From assembly GCA_047971245.1 (NCBI GenBank), contig JBKDZN010000249.1, positions 1 to 59,045 on the forward strand: 59,045 nt of DNA, written 5' to 3'. Of this stretch, positions 18,717 to 27,941 are shown piece after piece (the stretch's first letter is position 1; each line of letters starts with the position of its first letter). This stretch comes from Acidimicrobiales bacterium. GTDB lineage: Bacteria; Actinomycetota; Acidimicrobiia; Acidimicrobiales; SZUA-35. Below the pieces are notes generated by a model that was given only the letters and a program-made list of their open reading frames with translations, was not told where the DNA came from and did not search any database. The translations under genes and the position numbers were made by a program.

Positions 18717-18741
18717 AATACCGATCAAACAAGTCAAGAAT
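18717..18741 (-). promoter_or_regulatory. Putative Rrf2-family (IscR/CymR-like) operator upstream of the peroxiredoxin
   Basis: AT-rich 25-bp imperfect palindrome ATTCTTGACT-TGTTT-GATCGGTATT (minus strand) resembling the IscR type-1 consensus ATASYYGACTRWWWYAGTCRRSTAT. Confidence 0.45.
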
Positions 18742-18814
18742 TGCGGTTGTCCGGGTCGCCGGGCCCAGCCCGGGCTCGATCCCCCGGCATCGATACCGCG
18801 GGCCCGACTGCGGC

Positions 18815-19381
18815 TCAGCCGGACTCGTCGGTCACTTCGACGTCGACCGCCTCGACCGAGGGGATCACCAGTTCCTGGCCCGGTTTGAGGGTGTCGACGT
18901 CCGACAGGCCGTTGGCCGAGGCCAGGGCCTCCACCGATATGCCGAACCGGTTCGACAGGCCCCACAGGGTGTCACCGTCGGCCACGGTGTAGCGCGTCCC
19001 GGAGTCGGCCGCCGCGGTGGAGGGCGGGGCGGCCGCGTCGGGCCCGGCCGGGACGGACGTGGCCCCGGCGTCGGTCGGTTCGGACGGGTCCGGGGTGGAA
19101 GCCGGTTCCGAGGCCGCCGCGCCCGGGACGGTGATCACGGCGTCGGGGCTGGTGATCTGGACCCCGGCCACGTTCGGATCCGTGCCCGACGCCGGGAAGG
19201 CGCCGTCGGGGGCTGTACGACCACAGCCGGCCAGTGCGGCCGCGGCGAGCAGGGCGACGCCGACCCGGATCGGGGCGCGACCTGACCGCCGGGCACGGCC
19301 GGCGGGCGCCGCCAGGACGGGAACGGCCGCGGAACGGGGACGAGCGGGAACGGAGCGGGTGGAGCACCGATGGGAGTACAT
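18815..19381 (-). CDS. LysM peptidoglycan-binding lipoprotein
   Basis: Lipobox LAGC, Pro/Ala linker, YTVADGDTLWGLSNRFGISVEALASANGL..LKPGQELVIP LysM domain; start uncertain. Confidence 0.88.
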   Translation of the reverse strand: MYSHRCSTRSVPARPRSAAVPVLAAPAGRARRSGRAPIRVGVALLAAAALAGCGRTAPDGAFPASGTDPNVAGVQITSPDAVITVPGAAASEPASTPDPSEPTDAGATSVPAGPDAAAPPSTAAADSGTRYTVADGDTLWGLSNRFGISVEALASANGLSDVDTLKPGQELVIPSVEAVDVEVTDESG

Positions 19382-19483
19382 GGGATCGTGGCACCTCCCG
19401 CCCGAGTATGACCGACGCGGGCGCCGGTTCGGGGGAGCCTCGCTTGTTCCCGCCCGCCCCGGAGCCGGCCCCGCCCGGCCGGT

Positions 19484-20632
19484 TCAGCGTCGCCGGCGGC
19501 GGTCGCGGGGGTCACGCCGGTTCCGGCGGGCCGACCGGGTCCGCTCGCGTTGCTCCTCGGCGTCGGCCCGTTGCCGGGATTCGGCCCGGCGGGCGAACTC
19601 GGTCAGCTGGGTGTCCTGGAGTTCCAGCTCGGACTCCAGATCCCGCCAGTGATCGAGCCGGCGGGGACGTATCAGCCCGGCCTCGGTGGCCTCCCGGACC
19701 GCGCAGCCGGGTTCGGCGTCATGGGTGCAATCGGCGAACCGGCAGCCTTGGGCCGCCTCGGCGATCTCGGGGAAGGCCCGGTCGAGGCCGTCACGTGCCT
19801 GCCACAGGCCGATCTCCCGGATACCGGGCGTGTCCATCACCAACCCACCGGACGGTAGGGGGATCAGGTCCCGGGTGACCGTGGTGTGCCGGCCCCGACG
19901 ATCGGCCGCCCGCACCTCCCCGGTCCGCTGGACCTGCCCGTCGGAGAGGGCGTTGACCAGGGTCGACTTGCCGATACCGGACAGGCCGAGCATGACCACG
20001 GCGCGGTGGTGCTCGACCAGGTCGTGGATCCGGTCGAGGCCCTCACCGTCGGCCGCCGACACGGTGATCACCTCCACCCCCGGGGCCGCGCCGGCCACCG
20101 CCTCCGACGTGGTCTCCACGTCGGAGGCGACGTCGGTCTTGGTCAGCACCACCACCGGCCGGGCCCCCGAATCCCACGCCACCACGAGCTGACGTTCGAT
20201 CCGCCGGAGATTGAGGTCACGGTCGAGGCCGTGCATGACCAGCACGGCGTCCGCGTTGGCCGCCAGGACCTGGGGTTCGGGATAGCGGCCCGGGGCCCGC
20301 CGGCACAGGGCGGTGCGCCGGGGGGCGAGGGCGGCCAGCACGGGGCCGTCGTCGTCGTCCAACCGGACGAGGACGAAGTCACCGGTGGCCGGTTCGCCGA
20401 GGTCGGTGGCCCGGGTGGACCCGGAGGCGGCGAGCAGGGCGTCTCCCCCGGTGAACACCAGCGAGAAGCCGCGGCTCACCCGGGCCAGGCGCCCGGGGAC
20501 GAGACCGGCGCCGCCGTTCGCCGCCGCCCAGGCGTCCAGCTCGTCGTCCCAGCCCAGGCTGGCCAGATCAGGGGTGAGATGGGCCAGATCGTCGAGGTCG
20601 ACCGGGCCGTCGGATCCCGCCGGCGGGGTCAT
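19484..20632 (-). CDS. rsgA: Ribosome small subunit-dependent GTPase A
   Basis: Circularly permuted GTPase: TKTD, GLSGIGKSTL, GRHTT, DTPG, CRFADCTHDAEPGC zinc finger. ATG 20632 overlaps the peptidase stop. Confidence 0.93.
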   Translation of the reverse strand: MTPPAGSDGPVDLDDLAHLTPDLASLGWDDELDAWAAANGGAGLVPGRLARVSRGFSLVFTGGDALLAASGSTRATDLGEPATGDFVLVRLDDDDGPVLAALAPRRTALCRRAPGRYPEPQVLAANADAVLVMHGLDRDLNLRRIERQLVVAWDSGARPVVVLTKTDVASDVETTSEAVAGAAPGVEVITVSAADGEGLDRIHDLVEHHRAVVMLGLSGIGKSTLVNALSDGQVQRTGEVRAADRRGRHTTVTRDLIPLPSGGLVMDTPGIREIGLWQARDGLDRAFPEIAEAAQGCRFADCTHDAEPGCAVREATEAGLIRPRRLDHWRDLESELELQDTQLTEFARRAESRQRADAEEQRERTRSARRNRRDPRDRRRRR

Positions 20633-22815
20633 GGCGACGCCTCGCCGTCCCGGCGGCCGAGGGCGGTGTCGAGGAAGCGGAGCTGGAAGCGCAGCAGGTT
20701 CTCGGCCACGGCGACCTGGGGGGTCATGTGGGTGACCCCGGACAGGGGGAGGACCTGGTGGGGGTAGCCGGCGGCCAGGAGCACGGTGCTCAACCGGAGG
20801 GTGTGCATGGCCACCACATTGTCGTCGGCCAGGCCGTGGATCAGCAGCAGGGGGCGGTGCCGCTCCGGGACCGGGGCCGCCTCGGCGAACACGTTCGAGC
20901 GTCGATAGGCGGCGGGGGCGTCGGCGGGAACCCCCAGGTACCGCTCGGTGTAGTGGGTGTCGTACCACTCCCACCGGGTGACCGGGGCCCCAGCCACCGC
21001 GGCGTGGAACCGGTCCGGGCGGCGCAACACGGCCACCGCGGCCAGGTACCCGCCGAACGACCAGCCCCGGATCCCCACCCGGTCGAGATCGAGGAACGGG
21101 AGCCGCCCGGCCAGGGCATCGAGGGCGTCGATCTGGTCGTCGAGCACCGGTGTGGCCAGGTCGCTGGCCACGGCGTGCTCCCAGTCCGGACCCCGGCCGG
21201 GGGTGCCCCGGCCGTCGGTGACGGCCACCGCGTACCCCTGCTCGGCGAACCAGCGGGACACCAGGTGGGCCTGGCCGGAGCGGACGGCGCGCTGGGCTGT
21301 GGGTCCCCCGTAGGGGTCGAGGAGTACCGGTAGGGGGGATTCGCCGTCATGGTCCGAGGGCAGGAACACGGCGGTGGGCAGGCGCCGCTCGCCGAGGAAC
21401 AGGAAGGTCGGGTCGGGGGCGAACCCGGGGTCGGCGGCCCGGTTGGTCAGGACCGCCCTCGGCCGGGCGAGCCGGCGGTCGGTCCCGAGCGAGGTGACCG
21501 AGCTCGTCGACCGGGTGGCGGTCGCCGTGGCCGACGAGACGAGCACCGTCGGCGCCGCGCCGCCGCCTCCACCGCCGAGGACGGCATTGACCACACTGTC
21601 CTCGGGGGTGAGCACGCTGTGGGAACCGTCCCCGAGGTCGACGACGGCCAGGACGGTGGCCGTCGGGTCACCGACCGAGGCCAGCACCAGGGCGGTGGCT
21701 TCGTCGGCCACGCCCACCAGGCGCCGCACCTGCAGCCGGTCTCCGGTGAGCGGCCGACCGTCGAGGCACAACCGGCGGGCGGCACCGTGGTCCTCCACGG
21801 TGACCAGGCCGGCCGCCGACCAGCGTGGTGTGCCCGGCACCAGGTCGACCCAGTCCGGGTGCCGGATCGCCTGGCGCTCGGCCACCGCGCCCGTGCTGGT
21901 GTCGACCACGGCCACCGACACCAGCCGCTGGTCGCGGGTCTGGCGGACCACCAGGGGCGGACGGCCCGCCGTCCAGACCACGTCGACCAGGTAGGCGAAC
22001 GCGCCGGCGTCGTCCCAGTCGATCACGGTCACCGTTCCGTCGGCCCCGATGAACTCCAGACCCACCCGGGCGTTGGCCGTACCCGCAGCCGGATAGCGCA
22101 CGGGGTGGGGGGGACGGTCGGGCCGGGCCGGGTCGGCGATCCACCACTCGGCCACCGGGTTCTCGTCGACGCGGGTGGCCAGCAGGCCCGTACCGTCGGG
22201 CGACCACCAGAACCCGTGCATACGGCCCATCTCCTCGGCCGCGATGAACTCGGCCCGCCCGTGGGCGACCAACGGGTCGTCCTCGTAGCGGAGCACCCGG
22301 TCCACGGCCGGCGGCCCGAGATCCACCCGGTGGAGGGCGCCGCGCCCGTCGACGTAGGCCACCGCCGAGCCGTCCGGGGACGGCCGGGGGTCGAACACGG
22401 CCTCGTCCGTGGCGACCGCGTCGAGCCGGTCCGTGGCCAGGTCGTAGCGGAACAGGGCCCCGGCGAGGACGAAGACGACCGCGGTGCCGGCCCGGTCGAT
22501 GGCGTAGCTGACGATCCCGCCCGCGCTCTCCCGGGCCCGCTCCCGGCGGGCCCGTTCGGCCGCCGGGAGCTCGGCCTCGTCGGCGCCCAGATCGGTCGGG
22601 TCGACCAGCAGGCGTTCGGTGCCGTCCGGCTCGACGGTCCAAAGGGCGAGGGTGCCCTGGTCGGGCCCGGACGAGCGGCAGAAGAACACCCGGCCGTTCT
22701 CGCCCACGGTGAACGAGCGGGGCGCGCCGTGACTGAAACGGGCCGTCCGGGCGTAGGCGGCGGGGAAGCCGGCCAGAGCCTCGGTGACGTCCGGAGACGG
22801 CGACGGTGGAACCAT
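20629..22815 (-). CDS. S9 family (dipeptidyl-peptidase IV-like) serine peptidase
   Basis: AAEEM propeller motif, GWSFGG nucleophile, HGLADDNV, GVTH. Confidence 0.93.
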   Translation of the reverse strand: MVPPSPSPDVTEALAGFPAAYARTARFSHGAPRSFTVGENGRVFFCRSSGPDQGTLALWTVEPDGTERLLVDPTDLGADEAELPAAERARRERARESAGGIVSYAIDRAGTAVVFVLAGALFRYDLATDRLDAVATDEAVFDPRPSPDGSAVAYVDGRGALHRVDLGPPAVDRVLRYEDDPLVAHGRAEFIAAEEMGRMHGFWWSPDGTGLLATRVDENPVAEWWIADPARPDRPPHPVRYPAAGTANARVGLEFIGADGTVTVIDWDDAGAFAYLVDVVWTAGRPPLVVRQTRDQRLVSVAVVDTSTGAVAERQAIRHPDWVDLVPGTPRWSAAGLVTVEDHGAARRLCLDGRPLTGDRLQVRRLVGVADEATALVLASVGDPTATVLAVVDLGDGSHSVLTPEDSVVNAVLGGGGGGAAPTVLVSSATATATRSTSSVTSLGTDRRLARPRAVLTNRAADPGFAPDPTFLFLGERRLPTAVFLPSDHDGESPLPVLLDPYGGPTAQRAVRSGQAHLVSRWFAEQGYAVAVTDGRGTPGRGPDWEHAVASDLATPVLDDQIDALDALAGRLPFLDLDRVGIRGWSFGGYLAAVAVLRRPDRFHAAVAGAPVTRWEWYDTHYTERYLGVPADAPAAYRRSNVFAEAAPVPERHRPLLLIHGLADDNVVAMHTLRLSTVLLAAGYPHQVLPLSGVTHMTPQVAVAENLLRFQLRFLDTALGRRDGEASP

Positions 22816-22957
22816 GTCCCGAAGCTACCGGTTGTGGCCGGGCCGGTCCGGCTCAGGGGATTCCGACCTGGCGCCGATAGAGTTCGCGCCGTAGGGTGCC
22901 AGCAACCCATTCGGGACCGGATCCCGAGCGTGGCGAGCGAGGAGCTGAGAGAGAACC

Positions 22958-23227
22958 ATGGTGAAGGTCTGGATCGACCAGGATCTGTGTACGGGTGATG
23001 GCCTGTGCGCGGAGATTGCCCCTGACGTGTTCTTCGGGCAGGACGACGGCCTCTACTACGTCAAGGAAGCGTCGGAGAACTTCGGTTCCGAGAAGCTGTT
23101 CGACGGGTCCACCAATCCGGCTGGTGCCGAGGGTATGGCTCGCATCCCCGACGGCGGCCTCGACCGGGTGATCGAAGCGGCCGAGGAGTGCCCCGGCGAG
23201 TGCATCTTCATCGACGTCGACGAATAG
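22958..23227 (+). CDS. Monocluster ferredoxin (CxxDxxC...CP)
   Basis: VWIDQDLCTGDGLC..APDVF and EAAEECPGECI. Confidence 0.92.
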   Translation: MVKVWIDQDLCTGDGLCAEIAPDVFFGQDDGLYYVKEASENFGSEKLFDGSTNPAGAEGMARIPDGGLDRVIEAAEECPGECIFIDVDE

Positions 23228-23300
23228 CCGGCCCGATCCGGCGCTGACCCGGCGTCGGCACCGGCACTGAGCCGCCGAACCGATCGCGATCCCACCCGTT

Positions 23301-24296
23301 GTGGGTCGCCGCGGAACGCGAGAGCTGGGCCCAACGGCTCAGCTCTTCGTCGTTTTGGTCGACGGGGCGGGGGTGCCACCGTTCGCGGGAGTCCCGCTGT
23401 TCAAACCCGTGGCCGGGGCGGCCCTCCTGGCCACGCTCGTGGGCTTGTGGACCATCCGCGGGCCCGTCGTGGCCGCCTACCAGGAGACTGAACCGTCGGT
23501 GGCGCCCATCCGGCTCGACGGGATCGACCTCGCCATCGAGGCCACGCTGATCGAACCGTCCCCGTTCGCGGTGGCACCCCCACCCCCCGCCCTCACCGGG
23601 ACCGAGACGTTCGCCGTCGCCCCCGCGCCCCCGCCCGATGTGGAGGTGACCGGTGGGGACGCCACGATACGGGGCACGGTGGCGGGCGAGACCGGACCGG
23701 TGGGCGGGGCCACGGTCCGGCTGGAGCGGCACACCGACCGGGGGGTGGGTGAGCTGACGGTCACCGCCGATCCGGCGGGACGCTGGCAGCTGAGCAGCGC
23801 CCTGGGCGGCCGCTACCGGATCAGGGCGTGGCGGCCGGGAAGCCACGCCACCACCGGCTCCACGGTGGTGTTCGTCGACGACGGGTCGGAGACCGAGGTG
23901 GCCACACCGGTGGCCGCGGTCGACCCCACACCCTTCCTGAGCATCGTCGACTCGGGCACCATGTACGTCGGCCTGCCGGCCACCGTGGCGGTCACGGTGG
24001 CCGCCCGAGGCGTCGACGACGGCGGGGCGGCCACCATCGCCGGTGTGGCGGGGGTGACCGTGACCCTGAGCTCCACGTCCGGGCTGGCCGTTACCGCCCC
24101 CATGGTGGCCACCGACGCCGACGGGGTGGCCCGGTTCTCGGTCCGGTGCCGGCAGGCGGGCCCCGGGACGGTCACCGCCACCGCCACCACCGCGACGGCC
24201 ACCGCGGCCCTGCCGGCGTGCCTGGCCGTGCCCGAGGCCTCCTCGCCGCGGCCCGATCCGCCCGCCGGTACCGACCCCGGCGGTCTGGGCCCGTGA
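23301..24296 (+). CDS. Membrane-anchored carboxypeptidase-regulatory-like / Ig-like domain protein
   Basis: TM segment, GTV..GPVGGATVRL, TADPAGRW..GRYRIRAW beta-sandwich pattern, second Ig-like unit (TDADGVARF); start uncertain. Confidence 0.65.
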   Translation: MGRRGTRELGPTAQLFVVLVDGAGVPPFAGVPLFKPVAGAALLATLVGLWTIRGPVVAAYQETEPSVAPIRLDGIDLAIEATLIEPSPFAVAPPPPALTGTETFAVAPAPPPDVEVTGGDATIRGTVAGETGPVGGATVRLERHTDRGVGELTVTADPAGRWQLSSALGGRYRIRAWRPGSHATTGSTVVFVDDGSETEVATPVAAVDPTPFLSIVDSGTMYVGLPATVAVTVAARGVDDGGAATIAGVAGVTVTLSSTSGLAVTAPMVATDADGVARFSVRCRQAGPGTVTATATTATATAALPACLAVPEASSPRPDPPAGTDPGGLGP

Positions 24297-26581
24297 ACCC
24301 GGACGAGACCGGTTGGCCGGCGAGGATCCGGGGCCTGTTCCGCCTGCTCGGCGGGTTCGGGGTGGCCGCGGTGCTGGTGCCGCCCCTGATGCTCGGCGTC
24401 GCCGCCGCCACCCTCCTCGAAGCCCCCCTGCCGGCCGGGAACCTCCCCGACGAGAAGCCCCAGCCCTCCGCCGTGCCCTCCGTCGTCCTCGACGTCAACG
24501 GGGCCCAGATCGCCACCTTCCGCAGCTACGACCGGACCCTGGGCATCACCCCCGCCGACATCCCAGCCACCCTGAGCGAGGCGGTCGTGGCCATCGAGGA
24601 CCAGCGGTTCTACGAGCACAACGGGGTCGACGTGGAGGGCGTCGCCCGGGCCGCCCGGGTCAACGTCGGCGCCGGGGGAATCGCCCAGGGCGGATCCACG
24701 ATCACCCAGCAGTACGTCAAGAACGTCTACCTCAGCCAGGAACAGACCCTGGAACGCAAGGTCGAGGAGGCCCTGCTGGCCATCGAGGTCGAGAAGCGCA
24801 TGACCAAGGCGGAGATCCTCTACGGCTACCTGACCAGTTCGTACTTCGGTGAGGGTGCCTACGGGGCCGGAGCGGCCGCCGAGGTCTACTTCACCAAGCC
24901 GGTGTCGGAACTCGACCTGTCCGAGGCGGCGACCCTGGCCGGCCTGCTCCAGGCCCCGTCCCGGCTCTCACCCCGCAACGACGTCGACGCCGCGGAACGC
25001 CGCCGCCGCCTGGTCCTCGAGGCCATGCGGGACCAGCACAAGATCACCGAGGACGAGTTCCAGGAACAGCTGGTCCGGCGGCTGTGGCTGCCGGAGATGG
25101 GACCGGCCCCGGAGGGTCCGGTCACCCTGGTCGCCCCCCGCCCGGCGAACGGGGCCACCGCCCACCCCTACTTCGTCGACTGGGTCGAGGCCGACCTGGT
25201 GGAGCGGTTCGGTCCCGACCTGGTCTACAAGGGGGGCCTCACCATCCAGACCACCATCGATCCCCACCTCCAGCAGGTGGCCGAACAGGCGGCGTGGGCC
25301 CGGCTCTCCGGCACCGACTGGCCGGTGGAGATGTCGTTGGTGTCGCTCGATCCGACCACGGGCCATGTGGTGGCCATGGTCGGCGGCCGAGACTATGTGG
25401 CCAGCCAGGTCAACCTGGCCACCGGGGGATCCACCGGTTTCCAGCCCGGCTCGTCGTTCAAGCCGTTCGTCCTGGCCGCCGGGTTCGAGCGCGGTATCGG
25501 ACCGGAGACCGTGTACCCGGCCCCGGGCCGGCTCCGGGTGCCGGGATGCAGCGGAACCTGCACCATCAGCAACTACGACGGTTCGGGGTACGGCTCGGTC
25601 ACCCTGCGCCGGGGCATGGAACTGTCGATCAACACCGTCTCGGTCGGGGAGATCATGGACGTCGGGGTGGCCAACACCGTCGAGCTCGCCCGCCGTCTCG
25701 GGCTGGAACGGATCGACCCCGAGGGGGACTACGGGGTCTCCCTCGCCCTCGGCGCGGCCGAGACGTCACCCCTGGAGATGGCGTCGGCCTACGGGGTGTT
25801 CGCCAACCGTGGGGTCAGGGTCGAGCCCACCGGGTTGCTCCGGGTTAGCGACGCCGCCGGCAATGTGCTGGTCGACAACACCGCCCCCGCCGGTGTCCCG
25901 GTGCTCGACCAGGCCGCGGCCGACACCGTCACCGACGTGCTGGTCGGGGTGATCGAACGGGGCACCGGCACCGCGGCCAAACTCGACCGGCCGGCGGCGG
26001 GCAAGACCGGCACGGCCCAGAACTACAGCGCGGCCTGGTTCGTCGGGTACACCCCGCGCCTGTCGACCGCGGTGTGGATGGGCCACGCCGACGGTGTCCG
26101 GCCGCTGATCGGCATCAACGGCGTCGGCCGGGTCACCGGCGGTTCCCACCCGGCGACGGCCTGGCGGCAGTACATGACCGAGGCCCTCGCCGGGACCGAG
26201 CCCATACCGTTCCCGGTGCCCGGCCCCCTGGTCGTGCCCGGATCCGCGGCGGCGGAAGTGGGATCCGGCCGGGAGACCCCAACCGAGGTCGAATACCGTC
26301 CCACCACGGTGCGGGGGCAGCGGGCCACCGGCGCCCTGGCCGCCGACTGCGGCGGCCGGGCCTGCTCCCCGACGGCGGGAACCCTGCCCCGCCCCGTCCT
26401 GCCCCCCTCGGAGCGTCCGACCACCACGGCGCCGCCGACGACTCGTCCCCCCACCATCCGGCCGACCACACCGCCGTCCACGGCCCCGCCGACGAGCGGG
26501 ACGAGTCCGACCACCCCGCCGACCTCGCCTCCCACCACCGCCCCCCCGTCCTCCGCCACCACATCCACCTCGAGGGGATAG
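24293..26581 (+). CDS. Class A penicillin-binding protein (transglycosylase/transpeptidase)
   Basis: EDQRFYEHNG, GGSTITQQYVKN and RKVEE GT51 motifs; SxxK (SSFK), SxN (SIN), KTGT; Pro/Thr tail. GTG start overlaps the upstream stop. Confidence 0.93.
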   Translation: MNPDETGWPARIRGLFRLLGGFGVAAVLVPPLMLGVAAATLLEAPLPAGNLPDEKPQPSAVPSVVLDVNGAQIATFRSYDRTLGITPADIPATLSEAVVAIEDQRFYEHNGVDVEGVARAARVNVGAGGIAQGGSTITQQYVKNVYLSQEQTLERKVEEALLAIEVEKRMTKAEILYGYLTSSYFGEGAYGAGAAAEVYFTKPVSELDLSEAATLAGLLQAPSRLSPRNDVDAAERRRRLVLEAMRDQHKITEDEFQEQLVRRLWLPEMGPAPEGPVTLVAPRPANGATAHPYFVDWVEADLVERFGPDLVYKGGLTIQTTIDPHLQQVAEQAAWARLSGTDWPVEMSLVSLDPTTGHVVAMVGGRDYVASQVNLATGGSTGFQPGSSFKPFVLAAGFERGIGPETVYPAPGRLRVPGCSGTCTISNYDGSGYGSVTLRRGMELSINTVSVGEIMDVGVANTVELARRLGLERIDPEGDYGVSLALGAAETSPLEMASAYGVFANRGVRVEPTGLLRVSDAAGNVLVDNTAPAGVPVLDQAAADTVTDVLVGVIERGTGTAAKLDRPAAGKTGTAQNYSAAWFVGYTPRLSTAVWMGHADGVRPLIGINGVGRVTGGSHPATAWRQYMTEALAGTEPIPFPVPGPLVVPGSAAAEVGSGRETPTEVEYRPTTVRGQRATGALAADCGGRACSPTAGTLPRPVLPPSERPTTTAPPTTRPPTIRPTTPPSTAPPTSGTSPTTPPTSPPTTAPPSSATTSTSRG

Positions 26582-26584
26582 CTG

Positions 26585-27925
26585 ATGCCCGACCCCACTG
26601 CCGCGGCCCCGCCGGCCGGCGAGCCGGTCACGGAACGTCGGATCACCGGGCGGGTTCGCCGCTCCGGCCCCGGCCTCCTGGTCGACCACCGTTCGCGGGT
26701 CGACGAGGAACCCGGGGCCCGGTCCCGCCCCGATGTGCCGAGCCGACGCCCGCAGGAGCCGGGAGCACCCGCCGATCCCGGCTGGCGACGTCTGACCCGG
26801 CCCGAACTGTCGGCCCCGACCCCGGAGCCGGCCCGAGCCCGCTGGTCGCCGAGCCGGATCACGGGGTGGAGGGACGAGCCGGGGGTGGCCCCGTTCGTGG
26901 CCCCCGGTGACCGGCCGGGACGGTTGCGGTGGCGCCACCGGATGTCGCGGCGGGGCTTCGTGGCCCTCAGCCCGGCCCGGGTGAAGCTGCGCCACCGGAT
27001 CCTGCCCCGCACCGTGATCGGCATCGCCTTCTCCCTGGCCTGCCTGGGGATCGGGGCGGCGTTCGCCGGGGCCGCCTTCTACGCCTACTACGACGCCCGC
27101 CTGGCCGAGAACGAACAGACCGTCTCCCGGTTCGTGGACGGTTTCGAGACCCAGTTCGACGACGCCACCGCCGCCATCGACGCCCAGCGGGTGGCCGCGG
27201 TCGAGGACGTCCGCAACGAGCTCTCCCCCCTGGGCGACGTCGTGACCGACGCCAACGGGGTGATCGGCCTGCCCGACCGGGCCGGTGCGTCGGTGTGGCG
27301 GGTCGAGACCCGGGGCCAGGACGGCGAGGCTCGGGTCGGTGCCGCGTTCGCGGTGGCGAAGATGGAGTCGGGCACCGCCCTGCTCACCAGCTTCGAACTG
27401 GTCTCGTCGTCGTCGACGGCGCCGGCCCCGCCCATCGAGGTGGTCAAGAACGGGCAGCGGTACCCGGCCCAATTGTGGACCTGGGACGTCGACCGTGATC
27501 TGGCTGTGGTCCGGGTCGACGTCGACGTGCCGGTACTGGAGATCGCCACCCACGCCGACCTCGATCGCCTCACCGGGGTGCGCCTGTTCGCCATGTCGGG
27601 GGTCGGGGGCCGCGGGGCGAGCGCCGCCCCGGGGGTCATCGTCGATCTGTCCGACCAGGGGGTCCAGCACACCGCCCCCATCGGCACCTTCTACCAGGGG
27701 GGACCCCTCCTGAGCGCGGACGGGCGCGTCATCGGCCTGGCCACCACCCATTTCCGGCCCTACGGGGTCGACGCCGGCGCCGTCGGCCTCGCCCCGGGGA
27801 TCGACCAGCTCTGCGCCTCGATCCTGGCCTGCGGCACCGGTGCTCCCACCGTCGGGGACCAGACGCCGATCCCGGAGGCCACCCCCGAGCCCGGGACCGG
27901 AGTGGAGGCCGACGTCGAGGGTTGA
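26585..27925 (+). CDS. Membrane-anchored trypsin-like (HtrA/S1C fold) protein, catalytic His and Ser substituted
   Basis: TM helix; GAAFAV..LLTSFELV (cf. LTNAHVV), RDLAVVRV, HTAPIGTFYQGGPLL..GRVIGL (cf. TDAAINPGNSGGPL). Confidence 0.75.
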   Translation: MPDPTAAAPPAGEPVTERRITGRVRRSGPGLLVDHRSRVDEEPGARSRPDVPSRRPQEPGAPADPGWRRLTRPELSAPTPEPARARWSPSRITGWRDEPGVAPFVAPGDRPGRLRWRHRMSRRGFVALSPARVKLRHRILPRTVIGIAFSLACLGIGAAFAGAAFYAYYDARLAENEQTVSRFVDGFETQFDDATAAIDAQRVAAVEDVRNELSPLGDVVTDANGVIGLPDRAGASVWRVETRGQDGEARVGAAFAVAKMESGTALLTSFELVSSSSTAPAPPIEVVKNGQRYPAQLWTWDVDRDLAVVRVDVDVPVLEIATHADLDRLTGVRLFAMSGVGGRGASAAPGVIVDLSDQGVQHTAPIGTFYQGGPLLSADGRVIGLATTHFRPYGVDAGAVGLAPGIDQLCASILACGTGAPTVGDQTPIPEATPEPGTGVEADVEG

Positions 27926-27941
27926 TCGGCGTGGTTCGGGC

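Noticed and set aside
26400-26575. Pro/Thr-rich repeats at the PBP C-terminus
   Set aside because: Ordinary low-complexity tail common in actinobacterial class A PBPs.
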